Virus record (IMG/VR): IMGVR_UViG_3300032070_000632
Coordinates: 13,055-77,054 of that record
Length of the DNA stretch: 64,000 bases
DNA from: a virus
Strand: one strand, 5' to 3'
The position numbers and the translations under genes were made by a program. The notes below the pieces were generated by a model. It had not been told where the DNA came from. It made no database searches and saw only the letters and a list, made by a program, of their open reading frames with translations. Positions 38,411 through 47,619 of this stretch are shown in pieces. Every line of letters starts with the position of its first letter. The stretch's first letter is position 1.

Positions 38411-39883
38411 TTATCCAAGGCTATTAACAAAATCAATCGCCTCTTCTTCCGGTATTTCTCGGTCTATTTTCCAGAGATACCTGTTTCTTGTTTTAGTGCA
38501 ATGATGCGTAAAAAATTCAAATATGGCCACTCCTGGCCTGGCATGCCTAACTTTATTGACATAGGCGGTTATAAACTCGTCGTCATCACGCTCTAGGAAG
38601 CCACTGGAGCCATCAGGATTCTTTCTCATGGCAAAAAGGGGATTCTCTATGTTACTGCCGAATTTCTCGCTGTACTTGTCTCGTATGCGTGGGGATATGC
38701 CCTTCTGGAGCCAGATACCGACGTCAGTGATGTTCTTTATTTCACCCGCTCCCTTAAATGACATCATTTTGTCTCCAGTCTCCCGTGATTCGTTATCAGA
38801 CAGCTGGGAAACGTTTATCAGACTAATGTCGTTGCTTAAGGCACATTGTTGCAAAGCCATGGCAACTTTGCTCATTTGCGTAAAAATATCTTTTTCCCAA
38901 CTATTAAGATTTTGCATGTAATCTATTAAAACAATATCGCACTCATTTCGCAGTTTGTGCATGGAAATTAAAGAAATTATTTGATTGGCGTCAAAAATTT
39001 TATCGTAGATAATCAACGGGCAATCTTCCAAGTCATGAAAGTGCATATCCACGTTCGCTTTTTGTTCTTCGTTTAAATTATTGGTTTTGATGTCAATAAA
39101 ATCATAACCGGTTCTTGCTCCCACCAAACGATAAAGATTATCTAAGGCACTATTTTCAGTGGAAAATATTACTGCCTTTAATCTTGGTTTTCCATCATCG
39201 CCAATGCTGTTGGTGAGCAAATCGCTCAATAATTGCAAAGCAAAAAAACTTTTTCCCGTGCCGGAATGTCCGCCAATAGTCCAGATGTGATGAGGAAAAA
39301 TGCCTTTGGTTATTTCGCCTAAATTGCTAAAAGAAGACGGTAATAGTATTTTTTTCTTGTTTAAAGAAAAATCATTCATTTCCTTTATCGCCAGCGGAAC
39401 CAAGTATTTAACCGAGGCGTTTGTTTTCTCGTCTATTTGGCTGTTGATTAAGTTTAATTCCGATTGCAGATGGTTTATCATCATTTCCGAATCGGAACTT
39501 AATGCTTTTCTTTTTGATTTCTTCAACAAGACTGATATTTTACGCCGGAGATAATTTTCTTTTACTTTCAAGGCGACATCTTTAATGGTCGAACCACTGG
39601 AAGCGACCAATGTTTTGGCATGCTGGATTATTGTCCGGTCGATAATTCCGATGGTAAGTTCATCCGTGTTGGGAGCTTTTTTCAATAATGCTTCGTAAAT
39701 CAGTCTAAATTTGTCATATTCAAAATATTCCGGTTTGACAATTTCAATTATTTCCAGCAATCTTTCACGGTTATCAATCAGCAAAGATACGAGTTCAAGC
39801 TCTTTAGTGCTGTGTTTTTGCATGCTTTCTTTCTCAACCTCTTCGTCGCTTTTTCTTTTTTCTTCTAAATTAGTTTGAATCAT
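38411..39883 (-). CDS. DnaB-like replicative helicase
   Basis: GGHSGTGKS, FSTEN, LIDYMQ, SQL, KVRH; ATG at 39883 preferred. Confidence 0.9.
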   Translation of the reverse strand: MIQTNLEEKRKSDEEVEKESMQKHSTKELELVSLLIDNRERLLEIIEIVKPEYFEYDKFRLIYEALLKKAPNTDELTIGIIDRTIIQHAKTLVASSGSTIKDVALKVKENYLRRKISVLLKKSKRKALSSDSEMMINHLQSELNLINSQIDEKTNASVKYLVPLAIKEMNDFSLNKKKILLPSSFSNLGEITKGIFPHHIWTIGGHSGTGKSFFALQLLSDLLTNSIGDDGKPRLKAVIFSTENSALDNLYRLVGARTGYDFIDIKTNNLNEEQKANVDMHFHDLEDCPLIIYDKIFDANQIISLISMHKLRNECDIVLIDYMQNLNSWEKDIFTQMSKVAMALQQCALSNDISLINVSQLSDNESRETGDKMMSFKGAGEIKNITDVGIWLQKGISPRIRDKYSEKFGSNIENPLFAMRKNPDGSSGFLERDDDEFITAYVNKVRHARPGVAIFEFFTHHCTKTRNRYLWKIDREIPEEEAIDFVNSLG

Positions 39884-39947
39884 ATTTTCGGCGGAATTAA
39901 TAAAAAAATACTTTTCAACAATAAAAAATAAGGGGATAGATAATATA

Positions 39948-40093
39948 CTTGACAAAAACGTCTAAAAGTGTTTGTTCGTCTACACGAACAAATGATATTA
40001 ATATAATTAATAATTATATAATTAATAATATATATATATATATATAATATGTTCGTCTACACGAACAAACACTTTTTTGACAATTCCGTCAAG
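39948..40093. other. putative replication origin: nested inverted repeats around a pure A/T core
   Basis: TGTTCGTCTACACGAACAAA at 39973 and 40050; 56 nt A/T-only 39995-40050; outer ~32 bp inverted arms; between initiator and helicase. Confidence 0.7.
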
Positions 40094-40156
40094 TTTGTGT
40101 TTTAATATATGATTTTTTAAATAAACAATTAATTGACAATTTATAAAGTTTATATT

Positions 40157-40546
40157 CTAATAATCAATTCCAACTACTTTTAATTTTTTTCCGGTAAAAT
40201 TTTCATACCCAAATCCTTTAACATAACGCAATTTATCCACCTTCTCTGTCAACTTGACAAAAATTGTTTGATGTTGTTTTTTAATAATTTTTATAAAACC
40301 AGATTGTTCAATTTTTTTAATTCTTGGCGTGATTGAACTTTTTGTTTTTATTCCTAATAATGGCAATGATTGCATTAAATTTTCATAATCAATCCAGGTA
40401 AAACCATTTATTCTTTTATTGATAATATATTTATTTTGTGACGTGCAAATATCAATAATATAATCCAAAATACTTAGGTCTTTAAAATCAAGTTTTGTCT
40501 TTAATTTTAAGACCGCAAACTGATTGATGATGATGTTATATTTCAT
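40157..40546 (-). CDS. replication initiator-like winged-helix protein
   Basis: MKYNIIINQ...LD..D..I.DY, WIDY..L...LPLL..K pattern of phage initiator N-termini. Confidence 0.65.
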   Translation of the reverse strand: MKYNIIINQFAVLKLKTKLDFKDLSILDYIIDICTSQNKYIINKRINGFTWIDYENLMQSLPLLGIKTKSSITPRIKKIEQSGFIKIIKKQHQTIFVKLTEKVDKLRYVKGFGYENFTGKKLKVVGIDY

Positions 40547-40572
40547 AATTTTGTCTTAGTGAATAAAAATAA

Positions 40573-40664
40573 ATAACCTTCATTAATTTTTGGCGGGGGC
40601 AATTTGGCATCACTCACAGACACCAACACGACAAGCGTGTCCGCCAAAAATTAATAAAGGTTAT
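40573..40664 (-). ncRNA. cloverleaf RNA, C4/CI-like antisense candidate
   Basis: 24-bp closing stem with one U-G pair on the minus strand and two inner hairpins; loops complementary to the initiator leader. Confidence 0.6.
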
Positions 40665-40687
40665 GGTGAGTATTATTTTATTGCCAC

Positions 40688-41140
40688 TTAAATATTACCA
40701 GTTTTTTTAGAAATAATCAACGGTCTGTCGCTGTAATCAAATTTGAAAGGGCGACCTTGCTTTAGTTTTTTTATTGTCTTTCCTTCTTTTTTTGCCAGAT
40801 AAATTTTACTGCCGCGTTCTTTCCACCACTTTTTTTTTCTAGCCGATACTATTTCTTTATTTTTTTGATAATATTTTTTCATGGCCTTATTAGACCTTTC
40901 GTTCAGTATTTTTCTTCTTTCTGGATTATTTGATACTTCATCGTGATATTTTGTCCGATATTTTTTTCTGATTTCTTCTCGATGCTTATGATAAAATTTG
41001 GCATTGTATTTTCTGTTTCTGATTTTACGGCAATTAGAAGAACACCATCGTCTGGTTCGTTCGGGATTTTTTCCTTTTTTTGCCAGGAACGTCTTTCCGC
41101 AGATAACGCATCGTTGCTTTATTTTAGCGATATATTTCAT
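40688..41140 (-). CDS. basic zinc-finger protein
   Basis: CVICGKTF...WCSSNC, then K/R-rich helix. Confidence 0.65.
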   Translation of the reverse strand: MKYIAKIKQRCVICGKTFLAKKGKNPERTRRWCSSNCRKIRNRKYNAKFYHKHREEIRKKYRTKYHDEVSNNPERRKILNERSNKAMKKYYQKNKEIVSARKKKWWKERGSKIYLAKKEGKTIKKLKQGRPFKFDYSDRPLIISKKTGNI

Positions 41141-41160
41141 ATTTGAGACAGTTTATTGCC

Positions 41161-41967
41161 TCAAAATGGTATTTTGGGTCCGTCTTCTTTACCTTCAACT
41201 TCGCCTTCATTGTCAATTTCTATGGTTGGCAATTCTTCTTGAGTATTTTCTGTTTCTTCTTTTTTATTTTTTTCTTCCGGTTCAAATTCACTGTCTTCTT
41301 GGACTTTAGCTTTGCTGGTGAAATCTTGTTTATATACTGAAAATTCTTCAATTTCTTCCACTGTGGCTTCCCGCACTGTATTTAAAATATAAATATAATA
41401 TTTTCCTTTGCCGCCGATAACTAATTCCGGCACCAACTTAATAATATAATTATATAAAGGTTTTTTCGTCCTGACGCATTTATTGATTAATAATTTTGCC
41501 TGTTTGAAAGATGCCCCTCCAACCGACATTAAAAATGGCTGGCGAGTTTCCATTACTATTCCCAGAAAATTATATTTTAAATTGCACTCCGGCTTGCTAC
41601 TGCCATTCCACATGGCATAAGGGCAGACGGAACAATCTCCGCCAGGATTGCCTTGGCCATTGCGGGAATCATTTGACCGGCAAACTGGCGGTTCTTTTAA
41701 ATTAACGGTGCCATCGTCATTAATCAGCCATCTCACTCGGCTTTTGTGGACGGCTAAAAATACTATTTCCAGTTCTTTAAATTCCTCTCCGGTGGCTACA
41801 TTGTAAATTGTGCCGGCGGTCGCTCCCATTTGTGAAGTTGGCTGTACTATTTGCAGACGGGGGATAATTAAATCGCTGGCGTCAATATCTTCCAACCCGT
41901 CTAATCCGCTGATTGGGTTAGCTATCGATTGGTTGTTTTGCACAGCTACGGCTTTTTGTTCTTCCAT
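41161..41967 (-). CDS. putative ssDNA-binding/recombination protein with acidic tail
   Basis: IIPRLQIVQPTS, C..CP..W...C, acidic C-terminus ending IPF. Confidence 0.65.
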   Translation of the reverse strand: MEEQKAVAVQNNQSIANPISGLDGLEDIDASDLIIPRLQIVQPTSQMGATAGTIYNVATGEEFKELEIVFLAVHKSRVRWLINDDGTVNLKEPPVCRSNDSRNGQGNPGGDCSVCPYAMWNGSSKPECNLKYNFLGIVMETRQPFLMSVGGASFKQAKLLINKCVRTKKPLYNYIIKLVPELVIGGKGKYYIYILNTVREATVEEIEEFSVYKQDFTSKAKVQEDSEFEPEEKNKKEETENTQEELPTIEIDNEGEVEGKEDGPKIPF

Positions 41968-41994
41968 AGAAAAAAAATTAATTGTTATAATACC

Positions 41995-42023
41995 ATTATA
42001 CAGTATCTTTGAAAAAAAGTCAA
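41995..42023 (-). promoter_or_regulatory. sigma70 promoter of replication operon
   Basis: TTGACT-17-TATAAT on minus strand; spacer nearly identical to promoter at 42439. Confidence 0.75.
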
Positions 42024-42028
42024 TACAC

Positions 42029-42057
42029 AACAAAGACCGCTATTAACGGTCTTTGTT
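42029..42057. terminator. hairpin terminator
   Basis: AACAAAGACCG / CGGTCTTTGTT stem downstream of the 42078..42371 gene. Confidence 0.6.
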
Positions 42058-42077
42058 TAAATCTTTAGTTCAAGTTA

Positions 42078-42371
42078 TCAACTTGCCTGCGTGTCAGCGG
42101 TTTCTGATTTCTTTGCTTTTATTTTTCCTTCCCAGTAATAAACATATACCGCTTGCGACACGGTGGCCGTAGCGGTGACTGTGGCGATAACCTGGGAAAC
42201 GCTTTCAAAAGCGGTTGCCAGCATAACTAAGATGCCGGCCGCTATTGAAGTCGCTAAGGCGATAGTATAGCGTTTCTTTTTGTCCGCTACTTTGGCATTG
42301 ACATATGCAATCGCCGGAGGTAAAATAATTCCAAGTAGAGATGAAATGCTGACTGGTATTAATTCATTCAT
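42078..42371 (-). CDS. holin-like membrane protein
   Basis: 2-3 TM segments, SQAVY motif, basic tail. Confidence 0.6.
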   Translation of the reverse strand: MNELIPVSISSLLGIILPPAIAYVNAKVADKKKRYTIALATSIAAGILVMLATAFESVSQVIATVTATATVSQAVYVYYWEGKIKAKKSETADTQAS

Positions 42372-42438
42372 ATTTTTATTAAATTAAAAGAACTGACCCT
42401 GATTTAATTCTATTCCCATCAGCCGGTTCATGTCAATA

Positions 42439-42467
42439 TTGACTTTTTTTAAAAGATGGTGTATAAT
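42439..42467 (+). promoter_or_regulatory. sigma70 promoter; likely leaderless transcript
   Basis: TTGACT-17-TATAAT; ATG 42474 lies 7 nt after the -10 box. Confidence 0.75.
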
Positions 42468-42473
42468 GACAAT

Positions 42474-43409
42474 ATGGTATCAGGCAAAGCAAAAGCAAAA
42501 GATAAAATAGATTTCAACGACAAGAAGCTTATCAGTTATACCCGCTTCTCGTCGTTTATGAATTGTCCCTATAAATTCAGTCTAAAATATAAAAAAGGGA
42601 TAAGACCGGAAAAAGAATCTGTTAAATATTCTTTTGGAAAAGCCATGCACGCCGCATTGGCTTATTTTTATGAAACGAAATGCACGGAAGAAATGGCGAT
42701 TGAATATTTTTCTTTAATTTGGGAGGAGATGACTAAAAGCGAAGCGATTGATTATGGCACTAAAAAAGTGACTAAGGCGATGGTTAAAGAAGACCCAGGA
42801 CTAGCTGATGAAGAGCATGTGGCTATCACGCCAGCTTATTATCTTGATTTGGGGGCAAGGATGCTGATGAGTTATTTTGAAACTTATCGGGGAGAAAAAA
42901 TAGAGGTTGTCGGGGTGGAACAATCATTTACTTGTCCGTTTAAAAATCCGGACACTAATTATAAAAACAGAAGATGGGAATTAACCGGCGTGATTGATTT
43001 ATTGTTAAAAAATGAAGATGGAACTTATGAATTTTGGGACCATAAAATGATGGGGAAAAAAGTCAGTGCCGGCGTATTTCAACTTTCTCATCAGGTTCCG
43101 GCTTATATTTTAGGGGCCGCTTTTTTGCTTCAAATTCCCATTGATAAAATTAAAAGATGCGTTTTTAATATTATTTATAAAACCGGAGATTTAGAATGTG
43201 AACGGATAGAGGTGACGAGGACTAAGGAAGAAATGACCATGTTTTTTAAACAATTGACGCATGTCGCTAAGGCGATTGATAATGATAAAATTTTTCAAAA
43301 TTTTAGTTTTGCCTGTGCTTCTTGCGAATATCTTAATTATTGTTTGGGGAAAAAGGATAAATATCTCGATACGATATTTTCCGATGCCGAAGACCCCGAT
43401 GAATTATAA
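42474..43409 (+). CDS. PD-(D/E)XK RecB/Cas4-like exonuclease
   Basis: ISYT...CP, GKAMH, GVIDL...DHK, Q..AY, CASCEY..YC. Confidence 0.88.
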   Translation: MVSGKAKAKDKIDFNDKKLISYTRFSSFMNCPYKFSLKYKKGIRPEKESVKYSFGKAMHAALAYFYETKCTEEMAIEYFSLIWEEMTKSEAIDYGTKKVTKAMVKEDPGLADEEHVAITPAYYLDLGARMLMSYFETYRGEKIEVVGVEQSFTCPFKNPDTNYKNRRWELTGVIDLLLKNEDGTYEFWDHKMMGKKVSAGVFQLSHQVPAYILGAAFLLQIPIDKIKRCVFNIIYKTGDLECERIEVTRTKEEMTMFFKQLTHVAKAIDNDKIFQNFSFACASCEYLNYCLGKKDKYLDTIFSDAEDPDEL

Positions 43410-43411
43410 AT

Positions 43412-43702
43412 ATGTTATATTATACCCCGCCAACAAACGAACAATTTAATGAGGTTAAAGAAAAATCTATTCAACTTTGGAAAGAGATTGATACTGATAA
43501 TGACAAATATGGATATGCCAGCAGTAAAATAAACAGAATCAAAGACCTTGAAAATATTAGTGATAATTTTATGGTTATGGTGGCGATGTTTAGTATTAAT
43601 AATCAAGCCACACTTGCCAGTAAATTAAAAGAAGAAACAAGGACGGCAATAAAAGAAAGAATGATTGAAGACAGAAATTTTGGTAAAGAATTTGTTTTTT
43701 AA
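43412..43702 (+). CDS. hypothetical phage protein
   Basis: 96 aa ORF in operon. Confidence 0.65.
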   Translation: MLYYTPPTNEQFNEVKEKSIQLWKEIDTDNDKYGYASSKINRIKDLENISDNFMVMVAMFSINNQATLASKLKEETRTAIKERMIEDRNFGKEFVF

Positions 43703-43710
43703 TTTTTTAT

Positions 43711-44115
43711 ATGGAAAGAATAACTTTAAATTCAGTATCAGTCGGCAAACAGGTCAGAAGAGTTCCTCATAACAATAGCAATATGCGGATGCACTGGACT
43801 GTAAAAAATCAATGGAAACACGCCTGGCAGAAAGAAATTGAAATGCAGATAATGATTAATCGCAAGAAATTAGGAAAGTTACCCTTGATAAAACCGGAAA
43901 TAAAATTTATATTTTATATGTGCAAACCATATGACTTGGATGGGGCATATAATGCGGCCAAACCGTTGTTGGACAGTTTAAAAATTTGGAAAAGCAAAAA
44001 TAATCCTGGTATGGGAATAATTACGGATGATGATGATAAAAATTTATCTTATTGCGTTTTGACAAAGAAAGTTTATAGCGTAAAAGAGGAGCGAGTAGAA
44101 TTAATCATTAATTAA
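43711..44115 (+). CDS. RusA-like Holliday junction resolvase
   Basis: DLDG...KPLLDSL...GIITDDD. Confidence 0.75.
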   Translation: MERITLNSVSVGKQVRRVPHNNSNMRMHWTVKNQWKHAWQKEIEMQIMINRKKLGKLPLIKPEIKFIFYMCKPYDLDGAYNAAKPLLDSLKIWKSKNNPGMGIITDDDDKNLSYCVLTKKVYSVKEERVELIIN

Positions 44116-44121
44116 ATAATT

Positions 44122-44925
44122 ATGCCAAGCGAAACTGTTAAACAGTCAGTGGGAATAATCGGTATGGGTGTATTAGGCCGTGCGATTAAGAATTATTATA
44201 AAAATGCTCTCGTATTTGACATCAATCCGGAAATCGATTCCAATGATTTTAATTTGGTCGCCCAACGAGACTGGGTTTTTGTTTGCGTCCCCACTCCATC
44301 AACCGCAGATGGAAAAATTGATTTATCGGCGATAGAGGAAACGATAGAAAGATTGAGCAAGACGGCTATTTATGAAAAAACTAAAATAGTCATTAAATCA
44401 ACCGTCGTTCCTGGCACCGCCCAACGATTGCAGGACCAGTATCCGCATTTACAGATTATTTCCTGTCCGGAATTTTTAACGGAGAACACGGCTTGTGAAG
44501 ATTTTGCTTATCCGGACAAAAATATAATCGGTACTACCAGGCAATACCCGCGGCTCGGAGCAGACCTGGCCAGAATATTGCCGGTGGCACCGGTTTTAAT
44601 TATGACTTCAACGGAAGCGGAAATGGTTAAGTATGCCATTAATTCTTATTACGCCATGAAAGTTATTTTTGCGAATGAATTGTATGATTTATGCGAGGCA
44701 TTGGATGCAAATTATAATGCCGTGCATCGAGGATTGGTGGCTGATAAGAGAATTAATGATTCTCATTTTTCTATCTTTCACGGCACGCATCGTGGTTTCG
44801 GCGGAAAATGTTTAACAAAAGATACTATGGCTATTGTTGAAAAGGGCAAAGAGCTTGGAATTGATATGGGTCTGTTAAAACAGGTTTTAGAATTAAATAA
44901 AAAATTTATTAAGATAACTTTTTAA
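44122..44925 (+). CDS. ugd: UDP-glucose/GDP-mannose 6-dehydrogenase family, lacking C-terminal domain
   Basis: GMGVLG, CVPTP, KSTVVPGT, PEFL, GFGGKCLTKD. Confidence 0.9.
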   Translation: MPSETVKQSVGIIGMGVLGRAIKNYYKNALVFDINPEIDSNDFNLVAQRDWVFVCVPTPSTADGKIDLSAIEETIERLSKTAIYEKTKIVIKSTVVPGTAQRLQDQYPHLQIISCPEFLTENTACEDFAYPDKNIIGTTRQYPRLGADLARILPVAPVLIMTSTEAEMVKYAINSYYAMKVIFANELYDLCEALDANYNAVHRGLVADKRINDSHFSIFHGTHRGFGGKCLTKDTMAIVEKGKELGIDMGLLKQVLELNKKFIKITF

Positions 44926-44941
44926 ATATTAATAAAAATAT

Positions 44942-45184
44942 ATGGGAATACCATCGATTAAAATAGTGGAGAGTGAAGAAAATGAGAAAGAAAAAATACT
45001 TTCTCATGGCAACATTCACTCTATCAGAAAAGATATTGACGGAATAATCAAGAGAGTGAAAGAAATACAATTATCAACTCCCGATTCACGCCAGAATGAC
45101 CTTGCTTATCAGCGGACGATAGAACACGCCATTGTCGGGCTGATTGAAGCTAAAATGTGGCTCGGCGAATATATAGTGTTATGA
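44942..45184 (+). CDS. small helical protein resembling Acb2/Tad1 nucleotide-sponge hairpin
   Basis: IRKDID..I.RVKE...R...AI..L.EAKMWLG. Confidence 0.5.
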   Translation: MGIPSIKIVESEENEKEKILSHGNIHSIRKDIDGIIKRVKEIQLSTPDSRQNDLAYQRTIEHAIVGLIEAKMWLGEYIVL

Positions 45185-45855
45185 TTGAAGTATGCTTCTG
45201 CGTTTATAAAAGATGGCAGCGTGTGCCGGATATTTTGCAAAATTTATTAAACCAAACAAATCAAGATTTTAAAGTTAATATTTGGAATAACAGCGGTCAG
45301 AATCTGGATGTCAGCAAATTTCCCGCCGGTCGGATTCAAGTGATTGATTTGGGATGCAATCTTGGTTCGGCCGCCAGATTTAAAATAGTGCCACGGACAA
45401 TGGGAAATCCAATAATATTTTTTGATGATGATGAAATTTTAGATAATGATTTTGTTGATTATTATTGGAAACAATATCAGAAATTCGGACCAGATTATAT
45501 TTTAGGATGGTTCACGAGAATTTTTAACCAAGAACATTATTGGCACTCAATTCCTTATTCTATTTATGGCACGGAGGTTGATTATGTCGGTACTGGCGGA
45601 ATGATATTAGACCGGAAAATTTTTGACCAGGAACAGTCTTTAGCGGATATACCGGAAGAGTTTAGCCGAGTCGAAGATTTGTATTTAGGTTATATTGCCA
45701 GAATGAAATATGGCATGAAATTATCGGCGATTGAGAAAAAATGTTCTATTATGGTAGATGTCCATGACCAATTCCGGTCGTTGACTGATTATAAACAAAA
45801 AACCTTTTTATTCATGCGACAGAAAGGGTGGAAAATTTTAAAAGATAAAATATGA
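45181..45855 (+). CDS. glycosyltransferase, GT-A fold
   Basis: IWNN, IFFDDD, VGTGGM, VEDL. Confidence 0.8.
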   Translation: MIEVCFCVYKRWQRVPDILQNLLNQTNQDFKVNIWNNSGQNLDVSKFPAGRIQVIDLGCNLGSAARFKIVPRTMGNPIIFFDDDEILDNDFVDYYWKQYQKFGPDYILGWFTRIFNQEHYWHSIPYSIYGTEVDYVGTGGMILDRKIFDQEQSLADIPEEFSRVEDLYLGYIARMKYGMKLSAIEKKCSIMVDVHDQFRSLTDYKQKTFLFMRQKGWKILKDKI

Positions 45856-46439
45856 ATATTGAAAAAGAAAAAGAATATTGGAATAAAAGATACGCCAGCA
45901 ATAAAACCAGTGGTGGCGGTTCATATGGAGAAGAGGCTGAATTTAAGTTAAAATCAATTAATGAATTTATTATCGATAAAGAAAAAATAAGAACAATAGT
46001 TGATGTTGGTTGCGGGGACTTCAATATTGGTTCGCAATTCATTAAATTTTTTCCCAACGCCAAATATTTAGGATTGGATGTTTCTAACGAGATAATCAAA
46101 AGACATCAAAAAAAATACATATCAGATAATTTACGGTTTGACGTAATTAACGAAAATAGAGGATTGATTTTCTTCTGTCCGGATATTCTTATTTGTTTTG
46201 ATATGTTGTTTCATGTGATGGATGACGAAACTTATAATAATATTTTAGAAAATTTAAAAAAATCATGGAGAAACTATCTTTTAATTGCTACCTATAACGA
46301 TACCAGATTGGATATGCCGTATGATTTGAATTATATAAAAAAGAGAAAATTTGACCCTAAATTTTTTGCTGAGGAATGGAAAGAAATTTTAATCCCTTTC
46401 TACGATGGAAATAAATCATTATATTTTTTCACTAAATAA
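45852..46439 (+). CDS. class I SAM methyltransferase
   Basis: SGGGS, VDVGCGD, LGLDVS, DMLFH. Confidence 0.9.
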   Translation: MNIEKEKEYWNKRYASNKTSGGGSYGEEAEFKLKSINEFIIDKEKIRTIVDVGCGDFNIGSQFIKFFPNAKYLGLDVSNEIIKRHQKKYISDNLRFDVINENRGLIFFCPDILICFDMLFHVMDDETYNNILENLKKSWRNYLLIATYNDTRLDMPYDLNYIKKRKFDPKFFAEEWKEILIPFYDGNKSLYFFTK

Positions 46440-46442
46440 TTT

Positions 46443-47036
46443 ATGCCCATAGCCAGACCAGATGTGATACCGTTCGTTTGCGAATGGTTTAGCCAAAAAA
46501 GCATTAAAGAAATAAAAAGCGTTTTGGATGTGGGGAGCGGTTTTGGCTTGTGGGGATTTTTAGCCAGGCAATATATTCAGATTTGGCAGCCAGGAATAAA
46601 AGAAGATGACTACATAAATTTTAAAAATAAGATGAGAGTTGATGCGATTGAGATAGTTGATTTTTACGTTACCGACATCCAGCGTCAAATTTACAATAAC
46701 ATTTATTGTGCCGACATGCGGATAAACTTGCCATCGTTAAGCTGGTATGACCTTATAATCTGCGGCGATATTTTAGAACATATCAATTTTACTGACGGAC
46801 TAAAACTTTTAGAGGAAATGAGAAGGCGGTCAAGATGGGTAATAATAACTATGCCTGATTATTTTGCCAGAGGAAATGAGATAATGGGGCAGATAAGCGA
46901 TTTGCACGAATATGTCTGGAAAGACAATGATTTCCCCGACCGGCCAGTTGTTACCCATATTAACAAACAAAAAGTAATTATTTACGAAGATTCTAATTAT
47001 GCCGACAAAAGAAAACTCTTTGAAAAATCTCGTTGA
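46443..47036 (+). CDS. class I SAM methyltransferase
   Basis: VLDVGSGFGLWG, GDILEH. Confidence 0.88.
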   Translation: MPIARPDVIPFVCEWFSQKSIKEIKSVLDVGSGFGLWGFLARQYIQIWQPGIKEDDYINFKNKMRVDAIEIVDFYVTDIQRQIYNNIYCADMRINLPSLSWYDLIICGDILEHINFTDGLKLLEEMRRRSRWVIITMPDYFARGNEIMGQISDLHEYVWKDNDFPDRPVVTHINKQKVIIYEDSNYADKRKLFEKSR

Positions 47037-47619
47037 TTTTAAAAAAGTAATGGACGAACTAAAGATATTTTTTTGGTTAGATTCCGGCACTTTACTCGGG
47101 GCTTATCGTGATAAAAATATTATTACCGGCGACGAGGATGACAGCGATATTTGCATGTGGAAAGACAATGCGGTCCGCAGTCCTGAATTTCTAAAAAAAT
47201 TAAGAGAAGCCGGATTTTCCATTCTGCATGATTGGCGGTTTGTCAATGCCACTTCCGAAGGAATTGGCATTAAAAGGGATGGCAATAAGATTGATATTGT
47301 CATGATGCACCGCAAGAAAAACGAACATGGCGATGTGGCGTTTTATTTGTCCAGAAATTTTAGCGGACAAATGGGTTCAATGCCCTATTATGCCTTTGTC
47401 TTCCCTGGAAAACTGTATGATGAATTTAATGAAATAGAATTAGGCGGAGTTAAATATAATTGTCCTAAAGATGTTGAGGGATATTTAGTGGCTCGCTACG
47501 GCCAAAATTGGAATATTCCAATTTTACGTGGACAGGGTTGGAATCCTATCGACCCGTCTAATAATCCTTGTCATCGCACTAACTGGAAATATGACGACCC
47601 AAAAGCAATGCTCTACTAG
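46999..47619 (+). CDS. LicD-family phospho(no)transferase
   Basis: FWLDSGTLLGAYRD...DDSDI, YLVARYG.NW..P. Confidence 0.88.
   Translation: MPTKENSLKNLVDFKKVMDELKIFFWLDSGTLLGAYRDKNIITGDEDDSDICMWKDNAVRSPEFLKKLREAGFSILHDWRFVNATSEGIGIKRDGNKIDIVMMHRKKNEHGDVAFYLSRNFSGQMGSMPYYAFVFPGKLYDEFNEIELGGVKYNCPKDVEGYLVARYGQNWNIPILRGQGWNPIDPSNNPCHRTNWKYDDPKAMLY

Noticed and set aside
42474-43409. Cas4 as part of a CRISPR-Cas system
   Set aside because: No other cas genes or array; context is phage recombination
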